A stretch of DNA of 64,000 nucleotides from contig JAEOUA010000007.1 of the NCBI GenBank assembly GCA_016839555.1, positions 160,001-224,000 on the forward strand, written 5' to 3'. Of this stretch, positions 49,192-59,250 are shown piece by piece. The DNA comes from Promethearchaeota archaeon (GTDB lineage: Archaea > Asgardarchaeota > Lokiarchaeia > Sigyniarchaeales > SOKP01). Made by a program: the position numbers and the translations under genes. Within the stretch, counting starts at the first letter, position 1, and every line of letters begins with the position of its first letter. The notes under the pieces are model-generated. The model searched no databases. It saw only the letters and a program-made list of their open reading frames with translations, and was not told where the DNA came from.

Positions 49192-49385
49192 TAAAATTCA
49201 CCAACTCTTATTGTTTTATGTACTATTAATTACTTCTTATTATATGTAATTTCTTATTATTTTTTATTTATTATATCAAATTTATTAACAATAAATTGAA
49301 TGATCAAATTTTATTGTAATAAATATTTTAACCACATAAAGAATACTATATATTTCTTGAAATAATAACTTTATTTGGATATTTT

Positions 49386-51815
49386 ATGGAAAAGAAATCA
49401 CTACATTTTGAAGATCATTTAATAAAAGTTATAGAGGCTAAAAAATTAGATTCCTCATTTAAAGTAAGATCCTACCATGAAAATTTGAAAATAATGGAAC
49501 AAAAAAATATACCTCAAAATTCTATTGAGGAAGTACTTAATGATTTCTTTTCTGAAAATTTAAAGGATATCTCAAAATCGACTAAAAAATCGATAACTCA
49601 AATAGTATATTATAAAGAGGATAGGCTAATAATATTAGAATCTAAACAAGCGAGGGAAGTGATCTGGAATCGAGAACAACTTGTAAAAAAATACGGTTGG
49701 TTCTTTTTTGTTACTAAAAAATTTGTACCCTCTGGAATTGCTGAAACAAAAAAAAGAAGTAAAAAGAAAGAGAAATCAAAAGAAAGAATTCTTTCAAAAG
49801 AAGAATATCAAGTGAATGGATTTCAATTTGATTTAGTTCAAAAAAAAAATATGCGACCCCTCTATCATACTAAGGAATACAATAGATATCTTCAAATTAT
49901 TAAGTTAAATAATATTATAACCCTCCCCATTAAAGAAACCTTAAACGACTTTTTCTTACAAAACAATTCAGTTCCAGAGAAAGAAAAAAATGCAATTAGA
50001 AAAATTATTTACTATGAAGAAGAAAAGGTTATTGTAGTTAAATCATTAATAGGAGATAAAATGTATGAGAATTTAGAAAATTTAGTAAGAAAATATGGAT
50101 GGTATTTTTATATAACAGGAGTGCCCGTTGGTAAAAGCAAAATTTCAATTGCTATTGATAAAATAGAAAAACGATATGATACTACTTATTTTGAAAATAC
50201 CTCTATATCGAAAAATTTAAAAAATAATGAAAAGATTCGCCTAATTCTTTATCCTATTGCATCAAGACCTAATCATAATTGCTTAATATTAGGGACTGGC
50301 CATCTAAATATATTACTAGATTGTGGTATTGAGGAAAAATCTTTAAAGGATATCGATGAATATCTTGAAAATGTAAATGATCTATTACAGAAAGATAAAC
50401 ATAAACAATTAATATTATCGAAAAGTGAAAATGAGCACTCTAATTTGGAAGATATAGACAAATTAAGAGAAATAAATTCACAAGATAAAGAAGAAATAAA
50501 AAAAGATGATGGAAATGAACTTCAATCCAATTGCTCACAGACTTTGACTAATGATAATATGGAGTTAGTTTTAAACAAGGAAAATTTTGAACCCAAAATC
50601 GATGCCGTCTTTCTTTCCCATTCCCACTATGATCATGTGTCAGGATTATTAGATTTTATTAAAGCTCATCCGGATATACCCGTTTTATGCTCCAGAATTA
50701 CATTGGATTTATATCTTTTAAGAGATTCTGATTTTTTAGATCAAAAACAAAAGGATGAAATTGAACAAGAAGAATATCGAAATGTGGTAAAGAATGTAAT
50801 TTATGTGGAGAATGGAGATAAAATAGAATTTAAGGAAAAGGATTGTTTTCTTTCTTTTTTTCATGCTGGTCATATGCCTGGCGCATTAATGATGCTCGTA
50901 AAGGTAAAGGATTATCGATTTCTTTATACCGGCGATTACACTTATTATGATATTACGCCTTTCGCTGGAACTAAAAGATTTTTGGATCAAATATCCCGTC
51001 CTTTAGATTTTCTTTTAATCGATGGATCAAGTGCTTATGAAGAGTTTGGAAATCCTTCTCAACATTTTCACAGTTTAATTCTATTTCTGGAACAGAAGGC
51101 AGAATATGGTAATAGTTCTTTAATCGGAGCAGACCCTTCAAGTTTAGCGATAAGTTTTATGCTAAAATTCTGGAGACATTTTAGAAAAAAGCAACTGCGA
51201 CATGATTATCAAAAAAGGCCAAACATTTATGTTGATATGATGGTAAGAAAAAATATTCAAGTTATTAATCATCGTTATAAATATATTTATGGGCCTATAT
51301 CAAGGCTTATCAGAGATAAAGCTAATCCATTTAATAGTATTAAGTTAAGATGGTTTGATCATGATGATTTAGATTTTTTGAAAAAGAAAAACTGTATCAT
51401 AATTTCTCATCCGGTAGATTTGAATTATGGAATTATTAAGAAAATTTTTAGTCGTATTGCGCCAAATCCTCATAATTTAGTATATCTGGCTGGTGGCATA
51501 AATGAGGAGCCGGGATATTCTTTGGTGAATCCTCCTGAAGATAAAAAGAATGAGCCCCCAATTGTAGAATTTTCAGAGTCTTGGAAAATTCCTTGTAGAG
51601 CCTTACTTGTTAATACTTTCGCTCCTCAAATCAAAATTAAGCTTCACGGGGATAAAACTCAACTTACTGAAATGATTAAAAATTTAGAGCCTAGAGAAAT
51701 ATGCTTTTTCCATGAAAGCCCCCGAAAATTGACAGAAGTTGCCGATTACGTCATTTCATTGGGTGTTCAGAAAGTTTCAATCCCTCAGGAAAAAAAATTA
51801 ATAATTTTAAATTAA
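49386..51815 (+). CDS. MBL-fold beta-CASP nuclease with duplicated N-terminal KH-like domains
   Basis: LLDCG, SHSHYDH, AGHMPG, YTGD, LHGD, FFHE; two copies of an LNDFF...I.YY.E...LV.KYGW repeat. Confidence 0.82.
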   Translation: MEKKSLHFEDHLIKVIEAKKLDSSFKVRSYHENLKIMEQKNIPQNSIEEVLNDFFSENLKDISKSTKKSITQIVYYKEDRLIILESKQAREVIWNREQLVKKYGWFFFVTKKFVPSGIAETKKRSKKKEKSKERILSKEEYQVNGFQFDLVQKKNMRPLYHTKEYNRYLQIIKLNNIITLPIKETLNDFFLQNNSVPEKEKNAIRKIIYYEEEKVIVVKSLIGDKMYENLENLVRKYGWYFYITGVPVGKSKISIAIDKIEKRYDTTYFENTSISKNLKNNEKIRLILYPIASRPNHNCLILGTGHLNILLDCGIEEKSLKDIDEYLENVNDLLQKDKHKQLILSKSENEHSNLEDIDKLREINSQDKEEIKKDDGNELQSNCSQTLTNDNMELVLNKENFEPKIDAVFLSHSHYDHVSGLLDFIKAHPDIPVLCSRITLDLYLLRDSDFLDQKQKDEIEQEEYRNVVKNVIYVENGDKIEFKEKDCFLSFFHAGHMPGALMMLVKVKDYRFLYTGDYTYYDITPFAGTKRFLDQISRPLDFLLIDGSSAYEEFGNPSQHFHSLILFLEQKAEYGNSSLIGADPSSLAISFMLKFWRHFRKKQLRHDYQKRPNIYVDMMVRKNIQVINHRYKYIYGPISRLIRDKANPFNSIKLRWFDHDDLDFLKKKNCIIISHPVDLNYGIIKKIFSRIAPNPHNLVYLAGGINEEPGYSLVNPPEDKKNEPPIVEFSESWKIPCRALLVNTFAPQIKIKLHGDKTQLTEMIKNLEPREICFFHESPRKLTEVADYVISLGVQKVSIPQEKKLIILN

Positions 51816-52026
51816 ACGATTATTTAGAAGAATGTTTAAAGCGAATTGTAGAAAGAAGATAAAATTTTTTAGTACTTGCTAAAAAAATTTATTTTTGTTA
51901 CAAAAATTTGTAAAATAATTAAGGGTTCTATAATTTTTATATTTATTAGGATACTAGTCATTTAGTTTCTTTTTAAAATTAAAGATTATAAAATTTAAAA
52001 TAAATTTTAGCTTTTGGAATTAGACT

Positions 52027-52470
52027 TTGAAAGATATTATTGCTAATAGTAATATTAACAGTAAAAAAGAGGCATTGCAGTCCTATACCGTTAAATTAAT
52101 AGATCATTATAAAAATCCAAGGAATTTGGGAGAAATGAAAAATCCTAATTCTCTCGGAGAAGTTAGAAATAAAAAATATGGTGATGTTGCTTATTTTTAC
52201 TTAAAGATTGAAAAAAATAATGGAAATGCGGTCATTAAAGATGCGACATTTCAAACTTTCGGGTGTGCTATATCTATTGCAACATCCAGCATCTTAACTG
52301 AAATAATAAAAGGTATGCCTCTTAATGAAGCTCAGAGAATTAGTAAGAAAGATATAGCTGACGAATTAAAAATCCCTCTAAATCTAATGAGACATAGTAT
52401 TGATTTAGCAATAAAGGGTTTAAAAAATGCGATTAGAAATTATTATGATAAAAAATATGAATTAATTTAA
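52027..52470 (+). CDS. IscU/NifU-N family scaffold-like protein (degenerate ligands)
   Basis: DHYKNPRNLG, FQTFGCAISIA; the first and third Cys are replaced. Confidence 0.82.
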   Translation: MKDIIANSNINSKKEALQSYTVKLIDHYKNPRNLGEMKNPNSLGEVRNKKYGDVAYFYLKIEKNNGNAVIKDATFQTFGCAISIATSSILTEIIKGMPLNEAQRISKKDIADELKIPLNLMRHSIDLAIKGLKNAIRNYYDKKYELI

Positions 52471-52513
52471 TTTGATATCTATTCTTTTTGATTTCTGATT
52501 GTTCTTTAAATTT

Positions 52514-54355
52514 CTATTTCTTTTTATATTTCCGCTTTCTCTTACTCGATTTTGTTTTTATCCTCTTTCTTAACCTCTTTACAAGCTGAACCAATTTCTT
52601 TTTATCATGATAAAACCTGGTTGCCTTTTGATAATCGTTCACTTTTTTTTCATAATATAGTAAAAAGTCTTGCCAAAAATTTCCAGGTGTACATTTTATC
52701 GATAATCTTTTCAAAATTCCTTTACTCTCTTTTGGTTTTTTCAAAGAACACTCAATAATTTTCTCAAAAAGAAAGTGTCTAGCTTTTTTATACGCAATTT
52801 TTTTTTTCTCGTATATATCACTAACAGATACAAAGTCAATCCAATAGATTCTCCTCTTCTTTTCAGCCGTTTTCATTTCAAGCTTGATATCGATTGTTTG
52901 ATTCGCTAATCTTCTAATAAGAGAATAAACTGTTGCCTTTGATAATTTAGTACTTTTAATTAAATCTCTTTCTAATAATTCAATCGGATAGGGTTCACCC
53001 CGTCTAATATATTCACTTTTTAAAATTTTATGAATAATGATCATCGATTCATCTTCTTCGCTGACGGTTTCTTTTTGTAATCTTATAAACATAGATGTCT
53101 GTTGAGGTTTCATATAATATAGTATTAATGTAATTCCTAGAAATAGTATCATAAAAATTGATATAAGATATTTATCAGCCATTAAAATATCTCCTAAAAA
53201 TGTGATTTCTTGATTCAATACTAAATTTGTAAGAGCAAATCTCGTGAGAGTTTGAGCAGTAACACATCCGAGAAAAAATAAAATCAATCCGTCTCTTTTG
53301 AAAAACAAGATTGTCCAAGAATACGATTTCCCGAGTTTTATTATAACCCGATATAAAAATATTATAGAAACTATATATTCAATGATAAAAATATAAGTAA
53401 ATGCTGAACCGGTAGTACCAAATGCTGATTTTATTGCTGCGACTGTTTCAGGTCTTAAAATTAAAAAAATAGTTACTTGTAAAAGTTGGTAAAAAAAAAT
53501 AAAAAATACAATTAAAGAGAAGGTAAAATTATCAAACATACCCGCCCTTCTTGAGTCCAATTTACTTCTTGAAATTACTAACTCAAAGATAATAAAAACA
53601 AAAGTCATAATTAAACTGAAATATATAAAGGGCATAATAATACCCATTTCCGTATTATATACATTGATGGATTCGAAAGGATTATAAATACTAAAAAAAT
53701 CTAAAGTTAATATCACTAAAACCCCTCTATAAAAAAAAGATATAGTGACCAAAACAATAAGTATTATAAAAGGGATTATGAATATAAGAATTGATCTTGC
53801 TACAGAATATTTTTTAATAATTTTATATTCTATTTTTGTGGCAAATTTCCTCGAATACATATAGTATCTGCTAGATAAAAGGATAATCCAAATTAACGAT
53901 AAAGCCAATAGATAGCTTATATAATTGATAATTGATGACGTGAAAAAGAATAAGAAATAAAATCCAGCAATTATAATAGGAAAGATGACCAGCTGCTTAA
54001 TAGCTGTATATTTTTCAAACAAAAAATACCTCACACGGTCATTATTTAATATTAATGAAAGAGTAATAAAAAACGCACAAATAGCGTTTCCGAAATAGAA
54101 GGGATCTCCAAAAGTTAATGCTCTAACAATGAAATGATTGGGATCATCAATTCCCCATAATAATATAAATGAATAGAATATAAAGAAAATATAAAGACCT
54201 ATAAATTTTTTACTGAAAGCAAATGATTTGGGAGGTTTTTCGCCTCCTTTTGTATAGATTTGATGATATATATATTTATCTTTAAAATTATTAAATTTTT
54301 CATTAGTTTTTTCCTTAAATTGTTGAAGAGTAGACTTTTCTTTAGAAGATACCAT
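52514..54355 (-). CDS. Multi-pass membrane protein with soluble C-terminal HTH-like domain and basic tail
   Basis: About 10-11 hydrophobic segments, then LIKSTKLSKATVYSLIRRL and a K/R-rich end. Confidence 0.72.
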   Translation of the reverse strand: MVSSKEKSTLQQFKEKTNEKFNNFKDKYIYHQIYTKGGEKPPKSFAFSKKFIGLYIFFIFYSFILLWGIDDPNHFIVRALTFGDPFYFGNAICAFFITLSLILNNDRVRYFLFEKYTAIKQLVIFPIIIAGFYFLFFFTSSIINYISYLLALSLIWIILLSSRYYMYSRKFATKIEYKIIKKYSVARSILIFIIPFIILIVLVTISFFYRGVLVILTLDFFSIYNPFESINVYNTEMGIIMPFIYFSLIMTFVFIIFELVISRSKLDSRRAGMFDNFTFSLIVFFIFFYQLLQVTIFLILRPETVAAIKSAFGTTGSAFTYIFIIEYIVSIIFLYRVIIKLGKSYSWTILFFKRDGLILFFLGCVTAQTLTRFALTNLVLNQEITFLGDILMADKYLISIFMILFLGITLILYYMKPQQTSMFIRLQKETVSEEDESMIIIHKILKSEYIRRGEPYPIELLERDLIKSTKLSKATVYSLIRRLANQTIDIKLEMKTAEKKRRIYWIDFVSVSDIYEKKKIAYKKARHFLFEKIIECSLKKPKESKGILKRLSIKCTPGNFWQDFLLYYEKKVNDYQKATRFYHDKKKLVQLVKRLRKRIKTKSSKRKRKYKKK

Positions 54356-54558
54356 AAATATTCAATTAAATATGTTATTGATATTATATATTCTTAAAAT
54401 AAAAAATAATTTTTATTTTATTATTTTTTTCAAAATTTTTTTCTGATGCTATTCTTTATGAATAATTAATAACTTATTTTGAGTAAAATTATAGGAAGTA
54501 AATTTTAAAAATATAGAAAAATAAATTTATATATATCTTTATCTAAAGAAAAAAGTTC

Positions 54559-54846
54559 ATGAGAAGTATGTCACAAAATACGGATAATAAAGAAAATCTG
54601 ATTAATTTGGTTAAAGATGCTATCGCATTATTATGTGAAAAAAACATTTCTGAGGTTGTCATACTCTCCTCTTATAAAATTTCTTCTGTTTTAAACGATA
54701 ATTATGGAGTGGATATAAGAGTAGACAAGATAGGGCGGTTGTTGTCCCGTTTAGCTAAAAGTAACAAATTAAAAAGACTTAAAACAAACATTCCTAAATA
54801 TAAATTACATATTTCTCAATTACCTATGCTAAAATTTCAGTCGTGA
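54559..54846 (+). CDS. Small hypothetical protein, winged-helix-like
   Basis: LSSYKIS..L...YG..I...KIGRLLSRLAK...L.RL....PKYKL. Confidence 0.6.
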   Translation: MRSMSQNTDNKENLINLVKDAIALLCEKNISEVVILSSYKISSVLNDNYGVDIRVDKIGRLLSRLAKSNKLKRLKTNIPKYKLHISQLPMLKFQS

Positions 54847-54883
54847 AAATATAATAAATTAACTAAGAAATTTTAGAGGAATA

Positions 54884-56206
54884 TTATAAATTTTCAATCT
54901 TTTTTATTTTTTCTTCAATTCTATTTTTAATCTCCGAAAACGTGTTTTCTATTAATTCAATTTCTGAGTATAAATTATTGAACAATTCCATTATCTCAAT
55001 ATTATTTTTCTCTGCCCTTTCCTGTAATTTGACTATTATTTCTTCGAAATTATTTTTTATTTGTTCGGGCATTGTTATAATTGATTCATTAAGTATTTGA
55101 GCTTTCTCTGCTAAATTTTTCATCTGATTTTTAGAAAATTCACTCATTTCACTAAATTTTTTCATAATCTCTTGAAAATCCCGATAATTATTAGTGACTT
55201 GATTTTTTATGGATTCTATTAGTGATTCCTTAATCATGGTATATTTTCTCTTAGTGTCTTCAATAATTTTGTTAAAATCTTGAATTCGAGTATCGATAGA
55301 GCTAGATAATGATTCTTCAAAAATATTAAAAATAATTTTGAATTCCTCTTCGAATACTTTTTTATAATTGATTAAACCCCTAGAAATATTTTCTTTTATT
55401 TGAATGATACTCTCAAGTAATTTTTGATTTCCACTTAGTGTAGCGCTATTGAATTCTTCAGTCCATCTTATGATTTGCTGATTCATAATTCTCTCAACAG
55501 TATCCCCAAATTCGACATTAGCTTCCTTAAAATTAGAAAAGTAAAAAAGTTCTTCTACCATTTTTTCTTTTGTTTTAGGTATTTCTTGTAAATCTTTTTG
55601 CTTATCTTCAGATAGTTCTATTATTTCTTTAATTAAAATAGGATCTTCTTTTTGATAATCTTCTACAAATTTTTGAACCCATTTAAAATAATCCAAACTA
55701 TTGGGTTTTTCAATTTCATAGGGTAATTCATGATATTGACTATTGATACCTTGATGAAAATCATCTAATGTATATATCTTTAAGCCAAAATTATCATTTT
55801 TATCAATTAAATTAGGATCAAAAGCCACGCAAAATCCCAGAGGATTATCTTCATTTTGAAACTGAAGAAGATTATTAATATCTCTTTCACTTAATGATAA
55901 TCCATTATCAACATGTGAAATATAATTTCCAATGCCTTTCAATCCAGAGGCATTATATTTTTCTTTAATTTGAGCAATCTTTTCAAGGAGATAATTATCA
56001 GTGTTAAGGTTAATACCTTTGCCATGAGTAATTGGAATAGCGTTATTTATAATTATATCATTATTCTCAGATATATTTCCAATACATATTCCTAATACAT
56101 CATACCTCCGTCTAAGAATTATATTGCCAAATCTAAGTAGATGAGTGATCATATTTCTAAACGCCTCCTTCTTAATTATAACACGATTTTGTTTATTATT
56201 ATTCAT
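54884..56206 (-). CDS. MPN/JAB-domain protein, predicted inactive (MPN-), with long helical tail
   Basis: Paralogue of 56211-57761; JAMM motif degenerate: DVLG, GNYISH...SERD. Confidence 0.8.
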   Translation of the reverse strand: MNNNKQNRVIIKKEAFRNMITHLLRFGNIILRRRYDVLGICIGNISENNDIIINNAIPITHGKGINLNTDNYLLEKIAQIKEKYNASGLKGIGNYISHVDNGLSLSERDINNLLQFQNEDNPLGFCVAFDPNLIDKNDNFGLKIYTLDDFHQGINSQYHELPYEIEKPNSLDYFKWVQKFVEDYQKEDPILIKEIIELSEDKQKDLQEIPKTKEKMVEELFYFSNFKEANVEFGDTVERIMNQQIIRWTEEFNSATLSGNQKLLESIIQIKENISRGLINYKKVFEEEFKIIFNIFEESLSSSIDTRIQDFNKIIEDTKRKYTMIKESLIESIKNQVTNNYRDFQEIMKKFSEMSEFSKNQMKNLAEKAQILNESIITMPEQIKNNFEEIIVKLQERAEKNNIEIMELFNNLYSEIELIENTFSEIKNRIEEKIKKIENL

Positions 56207-56210
56207 TGTT

Positions 56211-57761
56211 TTAATCCTCCCTCGTTTTCAATTTTTTTATCTTCTCGGATAATTTATTTTTATCATTTTGAAGTGTTTCGATTTTTTTGTTTAAATCTTT
56301 TACTTCATTTTTGATTTTTATAATCTCTTCTTGAAGAATTTTATTCTCCTCTTTAGATCTTGATAAATTATTATTTAGTTCTTCTTTTTCTTTTTTTAAG
56401 TTTTTAATTTTCATCTCAAAAGAATCTAATGTATTCTCTGAAATTGGAAATGATTCTTTTAATAAGTTCTGTAATGTGTTAACTTTTTCTTTAAATAATT
56501 TCATTTTCTCTTTAAATTCAATATTTAGCTTATCTTGATAAGATAAACTTTCATTAAGAATATTATTTTGAAGTTTTCCTAATGTTCCTCTAAATTCTTC
56601 CAATTTATTATTTTGAGCTTGTATTAGTTCTAATATTTTTGAATTTAATTCATTTAATTGTTGAAAATTATTTCTTCCAATATCAAATAAAGAATCATAT
56701 TCTAAAGCGGATTCTTTATATAAATTGTTTAAGGTAATGATAACCTTTTCTTGCATTTCTTTTTTAAAATTATCCAGTAATTCTTTACTTTTTATAATTT
56801 TTTTGTCTAATAATTCAAGTTTATCATTAATATAAAAATCTAAATTATCCAAATCCAATCTTAAATCTTCTTTAATGGATTCTAGAAGGACAGTCATATT
56901 ATTATTGATTGAATTCCTAATCAAAATGATATTCTCTTTCATTAATAAATTAAGAGTTATAATTTCCTCAATTAATTCATTACTCCAATTATTATAAAAA
57001 TTAGTAATTGGTCGGATTGAAGTTTCTATTAATTGAAAAATGCTTTTTTGTAAATGGGTAATTAAATATTCCGTATTTATATTTGGTTTATTTGCGATTA
57101 AATCTTCATCACTAGGAACGGAAACATTCCCAAATATGTCTATCTTCTCATTTAATTCAAATATGGGAGGCTCTTTAGTTTGAACACTATTAATTAGATA
57201 AATAATTTTTCTATAAAATTCAAGACTATTAGGAGGGTCTATAATCGTTTTGACTTCATGATAATGTGATGCATCTCCTTTGTAAGGATCATCTAACCTA
57301 AAAGTTCGAAATCCAGGATCATTTGGATTTTCTAAGTAAGTATGATCAAAAACAATTCCAATAGCACTGGGATTTGCGGTCTGCCATCCAAGCTGATTTA
57401 TTATATCAGTACCTGAAAAGAAAATTTTAAGTCCTGGATGAGAATGGTACCAACCAACACTAAACCAGCCTTTTTTAGCAAATTGCTCATCTACCGTTGA
57501 AAATTTTATATAATCCTCTGGGGCAAACCGTACCTCAATTGATCCTCCATGAGAAACGGGTACAACATTCTCAATTATAACATCTTTAATTTCTCCTTCT
57601 CCTTCAAGATAACCAATTAAAATTCCCATAACTTCTTTAAATTGGTCATAATTACGATTTTTTGAACCAAATCGTAAGACATGAACTAACATTTTATAAT
57701 AGGCTTCTGGTTTAATTCTTACTATAGACTCATCAGAGATATTAGATTTATGTGTTTTCAA
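56211..57761 (-). CDS. MPN+/JAMM isopeptidase (Rpn11/CSN5-like) with long coiled-coil tail
   Basis: KMLVH, EVMGILIG, VGWYHSHPGLKIFFSGTDI; heptad-rich C-terminus. Confidence 0.88.
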   Translation of the reverse strand: MKTHKSNISDESIVRIKPEAYYKMLVHVLRFGSKNRNYDQFKEVMGILIGYLEGEGEIKDVIIENVVPVSHGGSIEVRFAPEDYIKFSTVDEQFAKKGWFSVGWYHSHPGLKIFFSGTDIINQLGWQTANPSAIGIVFDHTYLENPNDPGFRTFRLDDPYKGDASHYHEVKTIIDPPNSLEFYRKIIYLINSVQTKEPPIFELNEKIDIFGNVSVPSDEDLIANKPNINTEYLITHLQKSIFQLIETSIRPITNFYNNWSNELIEEIITLNLLMKENIILIRNSINNNMTVLLESIKEDLRLDLDNLDFYINDKLELLDKKIIKSKELLDNFKKEMQEKVIITLNNLYKESALEYDSLFDIGRNNFQQLNELNSKILELIQAQNNKLEEFRGTLGKLQNNILNESLSYQDKLNIEFKEKMKLFKEKVNTLQNLLKESFPISENTLDSFEMKIKNLKKEKEELNNNLSRSKEENKILQEEIIKIKNEVKDLNKKIETLQNDKNKLSEKIKKLKTRED

Positions 57762-57948
57762 ATTTTATTCACATTGATATAGTTCTTCTATATTAATATT
57801 ATTTTATTTTATTCTCTTATATGTTTACTTTTAAATCAAAACATAATTCGTTTGAAATTTTTTTATGAAATTTATCTCATATTCGTTTAATTTTATACCA
57901 TTCATAAAATATAGAAAATATTTTTAAAAGAACTTACAATAACTCAAT

Positions 57949-59118
57949 CTATTTTTTTAGTTTTAAAATCCTTCTTTTATTGAATGAAATTGCTAAATGA
58001 AAACTCAATTCTGAAATCAAATATTTTAAACTAAAATATTTTCCTACATTTTGATATATAATTTTCAAACCTATAAAGAAAAAAATAATTATTATTAAAG
58101 AGATAAAAAATCCTTGACTAATAGTAAATTTTTGATAGAGTAAGGGAAATAGAAATTCATGAAGTATTAATATAGTAAGGGAATAATAAGAAAAATAGAA
58201 AAAGAATTTATATTCTCGCTTAAAATTAAAATTAATCCTTATTTCAATACTTAGCAAAATCAGAAAAAATATAAAATTAGTGCCTAATGAATATAATAAC
58301 CAACTAAATGAATTTCGTGAAAAATTATCGATGGGAATGAAAAGAAGAGAGATAATTATCAATAATGCGCTAATTAATAATAATGGATATATATTTGATC
58401 GAATGAATTCTTTATTAGTAATTTTTGTATTTTCATCGATAATTTTTTCATATATTATTTCTCCTAAAACATTTCCAAGCAAGAAAAACGGAAAAAAGCC
58501 AAGAATCGGGGTAAATAAAAATCCATTATAAAAAATAAAATAAACAAAATCTATTACACTTGTTATTACTATTTGATCACTCGGACTAATTAATATTTCT
58601 TTTGGGATAAAATAAAAAAAGATACCATAAAGAATTAAGAAAATGCTTGCTATCAAGACTCTAATATTTTTTTTATATTTCATCAGGGGCCACGCTAAAA
58701 TTATCGATACCGCAAGTGTTTGGAATATATTCCACGACCATAAATTTCCTATATATCCCCGATAAAGAAAAGCTCGAAAATTATAATAAAAAAACCCAAT
58801 TAAAAACAAAAACAATGCTTGTAAGAAATATTTTAAACGTATTTCTTTATAATAGTCCTTCTGATTAAAATTTGGTGCATTTTTTGCTTTTATACTTTTC
58901 ATTTGATAAGATAACATGATACTGATTCCGGAAACAAACACAAAACCCTCAGCTTCAGGGCTAACATAAAGAATAATTACGGATAATAAATGAAAAAAAC
59001 TGTTAGTTGATAAACTAGGAGCGCCTCCAGGTATTCCCCACATCCACGTGTGAAGTAAAATCATATAAATAATTACGTAACCACGAAAAATATCAATACA
59101 TTTTAACCTTGTTTTCAT
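57949..59118 (-). CDS. DUF1624/HGSNAT-like membrane acyltransferase, copy 1
   Basis: RL.CIDIFRG...MILLH; FVFVSGIS; multiple TM segments. Confidence 0.75.
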   Translation of the reverse strand: MKTRLKCIDIFRGYVIIYMILLHTWMWGIPGGAPSLSTNSFFHLLSVIILYVSPEAEGFVFVSGISIMLSYQMKSIKAKNAPNFNQKDYYKEIRLKYFLQALFLFLIGFFYYNFRAFLYRGYIGNLWSWNIFQTLAVSIILAWPLMKYKKNIRVLIASIFLILYGIFFYFIPKEILISPSDQIVITSVIDFVYFIFYNGFLFTPILGFFPFFLLGNVLGEIIYEKIIDENTKITNKEFIRSNIYPLLLISALLIIISLLFIPIDNFSRNSFSWLLYSLGTNFIFFLILLSIEIRINFNFKREYKFFFYFSYYSLTILILHEFLFPLLYQKFTISQGFFISLIIIIFFFIGLKIIYQNVGKYFSLKYLISELSFHLAISFNKRRILKLKK

Positions 59119-59250
59119 GTTTCTTCTAATTTTTTTATTTTTTTAAAATATGATCTTTAAAAATTAAGATTATTTTTTGGGAGAAAAAAGCCGTTTTATT
59201 GCTCTAATATATTTATATTTAAAAAGAAATTCATTTTAAATTCTTTAATA

